Assembly: GCF_006345805.1 (NCBI RefSeq)
Contig: NC_043002.1
Coordinates: 69,936,001-70,000,000 of the forward strand
DNA length: 64,000 bases
Origin: Octopus sinensis
Taxonomy: Eukaryota
Direction: 5' to 3'
Below the pieces are notes generated by a model. That model made no database searches. It was not told the DNA's origin and saw only the letters and a list, made by a program, of their open reading frames with translations. Made by a program: the position numbers and the translations under genes. This document shows, in pieces, positions 63,808 to 64,000 of the stretch; the first letter of the stretch is position 1; each line of letters begins with the position of its first letter.

Positions 63808-64000
63808 ATATCTGTAATATAATATGTGACAATTATTTGGTTGCCATAATAAGACTCTGAGTTTTGGATGTCAGGTTGGAAAACTGCTCTGGTATCTTGT
63901 CAGTTATCGAGGCAATCAAAAAATACTATGAAAATGACTGTTAAACAAAGGGAAGTTTTCCACCCTGACATTCGAAACTCAGAGTCTTATTACGGCAACC
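63808..64000. repeat. Second copy of the fold-back palindromic family, truncated by the window end
   Basis: Arms 63839-63885 and 63954-64000 pair at 43/47 positions by Watson-Crick identity. Shares aatataatatgtgacaatta...ctgagttttggatgtc with the copy at 18739. Confidence 0.88.

Overview
AT-rich, microsatellite-dense animal genomic DNA. The repeat families suggest an octopus or other coleoid cephalopod (inference, not a database result). One host protein-coding gene is supported: a + strand ACBD5 orthologue (acyl-CoA-binding, peroxisome-ER tether). Eight exons from 30525 to 63195 splice in frame through GT-AG introns to 537 aa plus stop. They encode most of the ACBP domain, an FFAT-like motif, a coiled coil and a C-terminal tail anchor. 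The first coding exon was not found. The rest is mobile DNA and repeats: several tRNA-derived SINE families, decayed Tc1/mariner elements (mariner, DD37D maT-like, Tc1-like, and a full-length 1230-bp DD36E Incomer-like copy), Helitrons and a Helentron-type element, a Chapaev3-like fragment, a Penelope GIY-YIG fragment, RTE/CR1/HERO-like LINE remnants, an LTR, MITEs, fold-back palindromes and minisatellites. I found no CRISPR, rRNA or true tRNA, and cannot support a wholly new multi-gene system. The best leads are the DD36E element, a palindromic element family with arm-to-arm homogenisation (one copy just downstream of the ACBD5 stop), dsRNA-forming structures near ACBD5 exons, possible anchor-less ACBD5 isoforms, and satellites born inside SINEs. 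Repeat boundaries are approximate unless terminal motifs are quoted.
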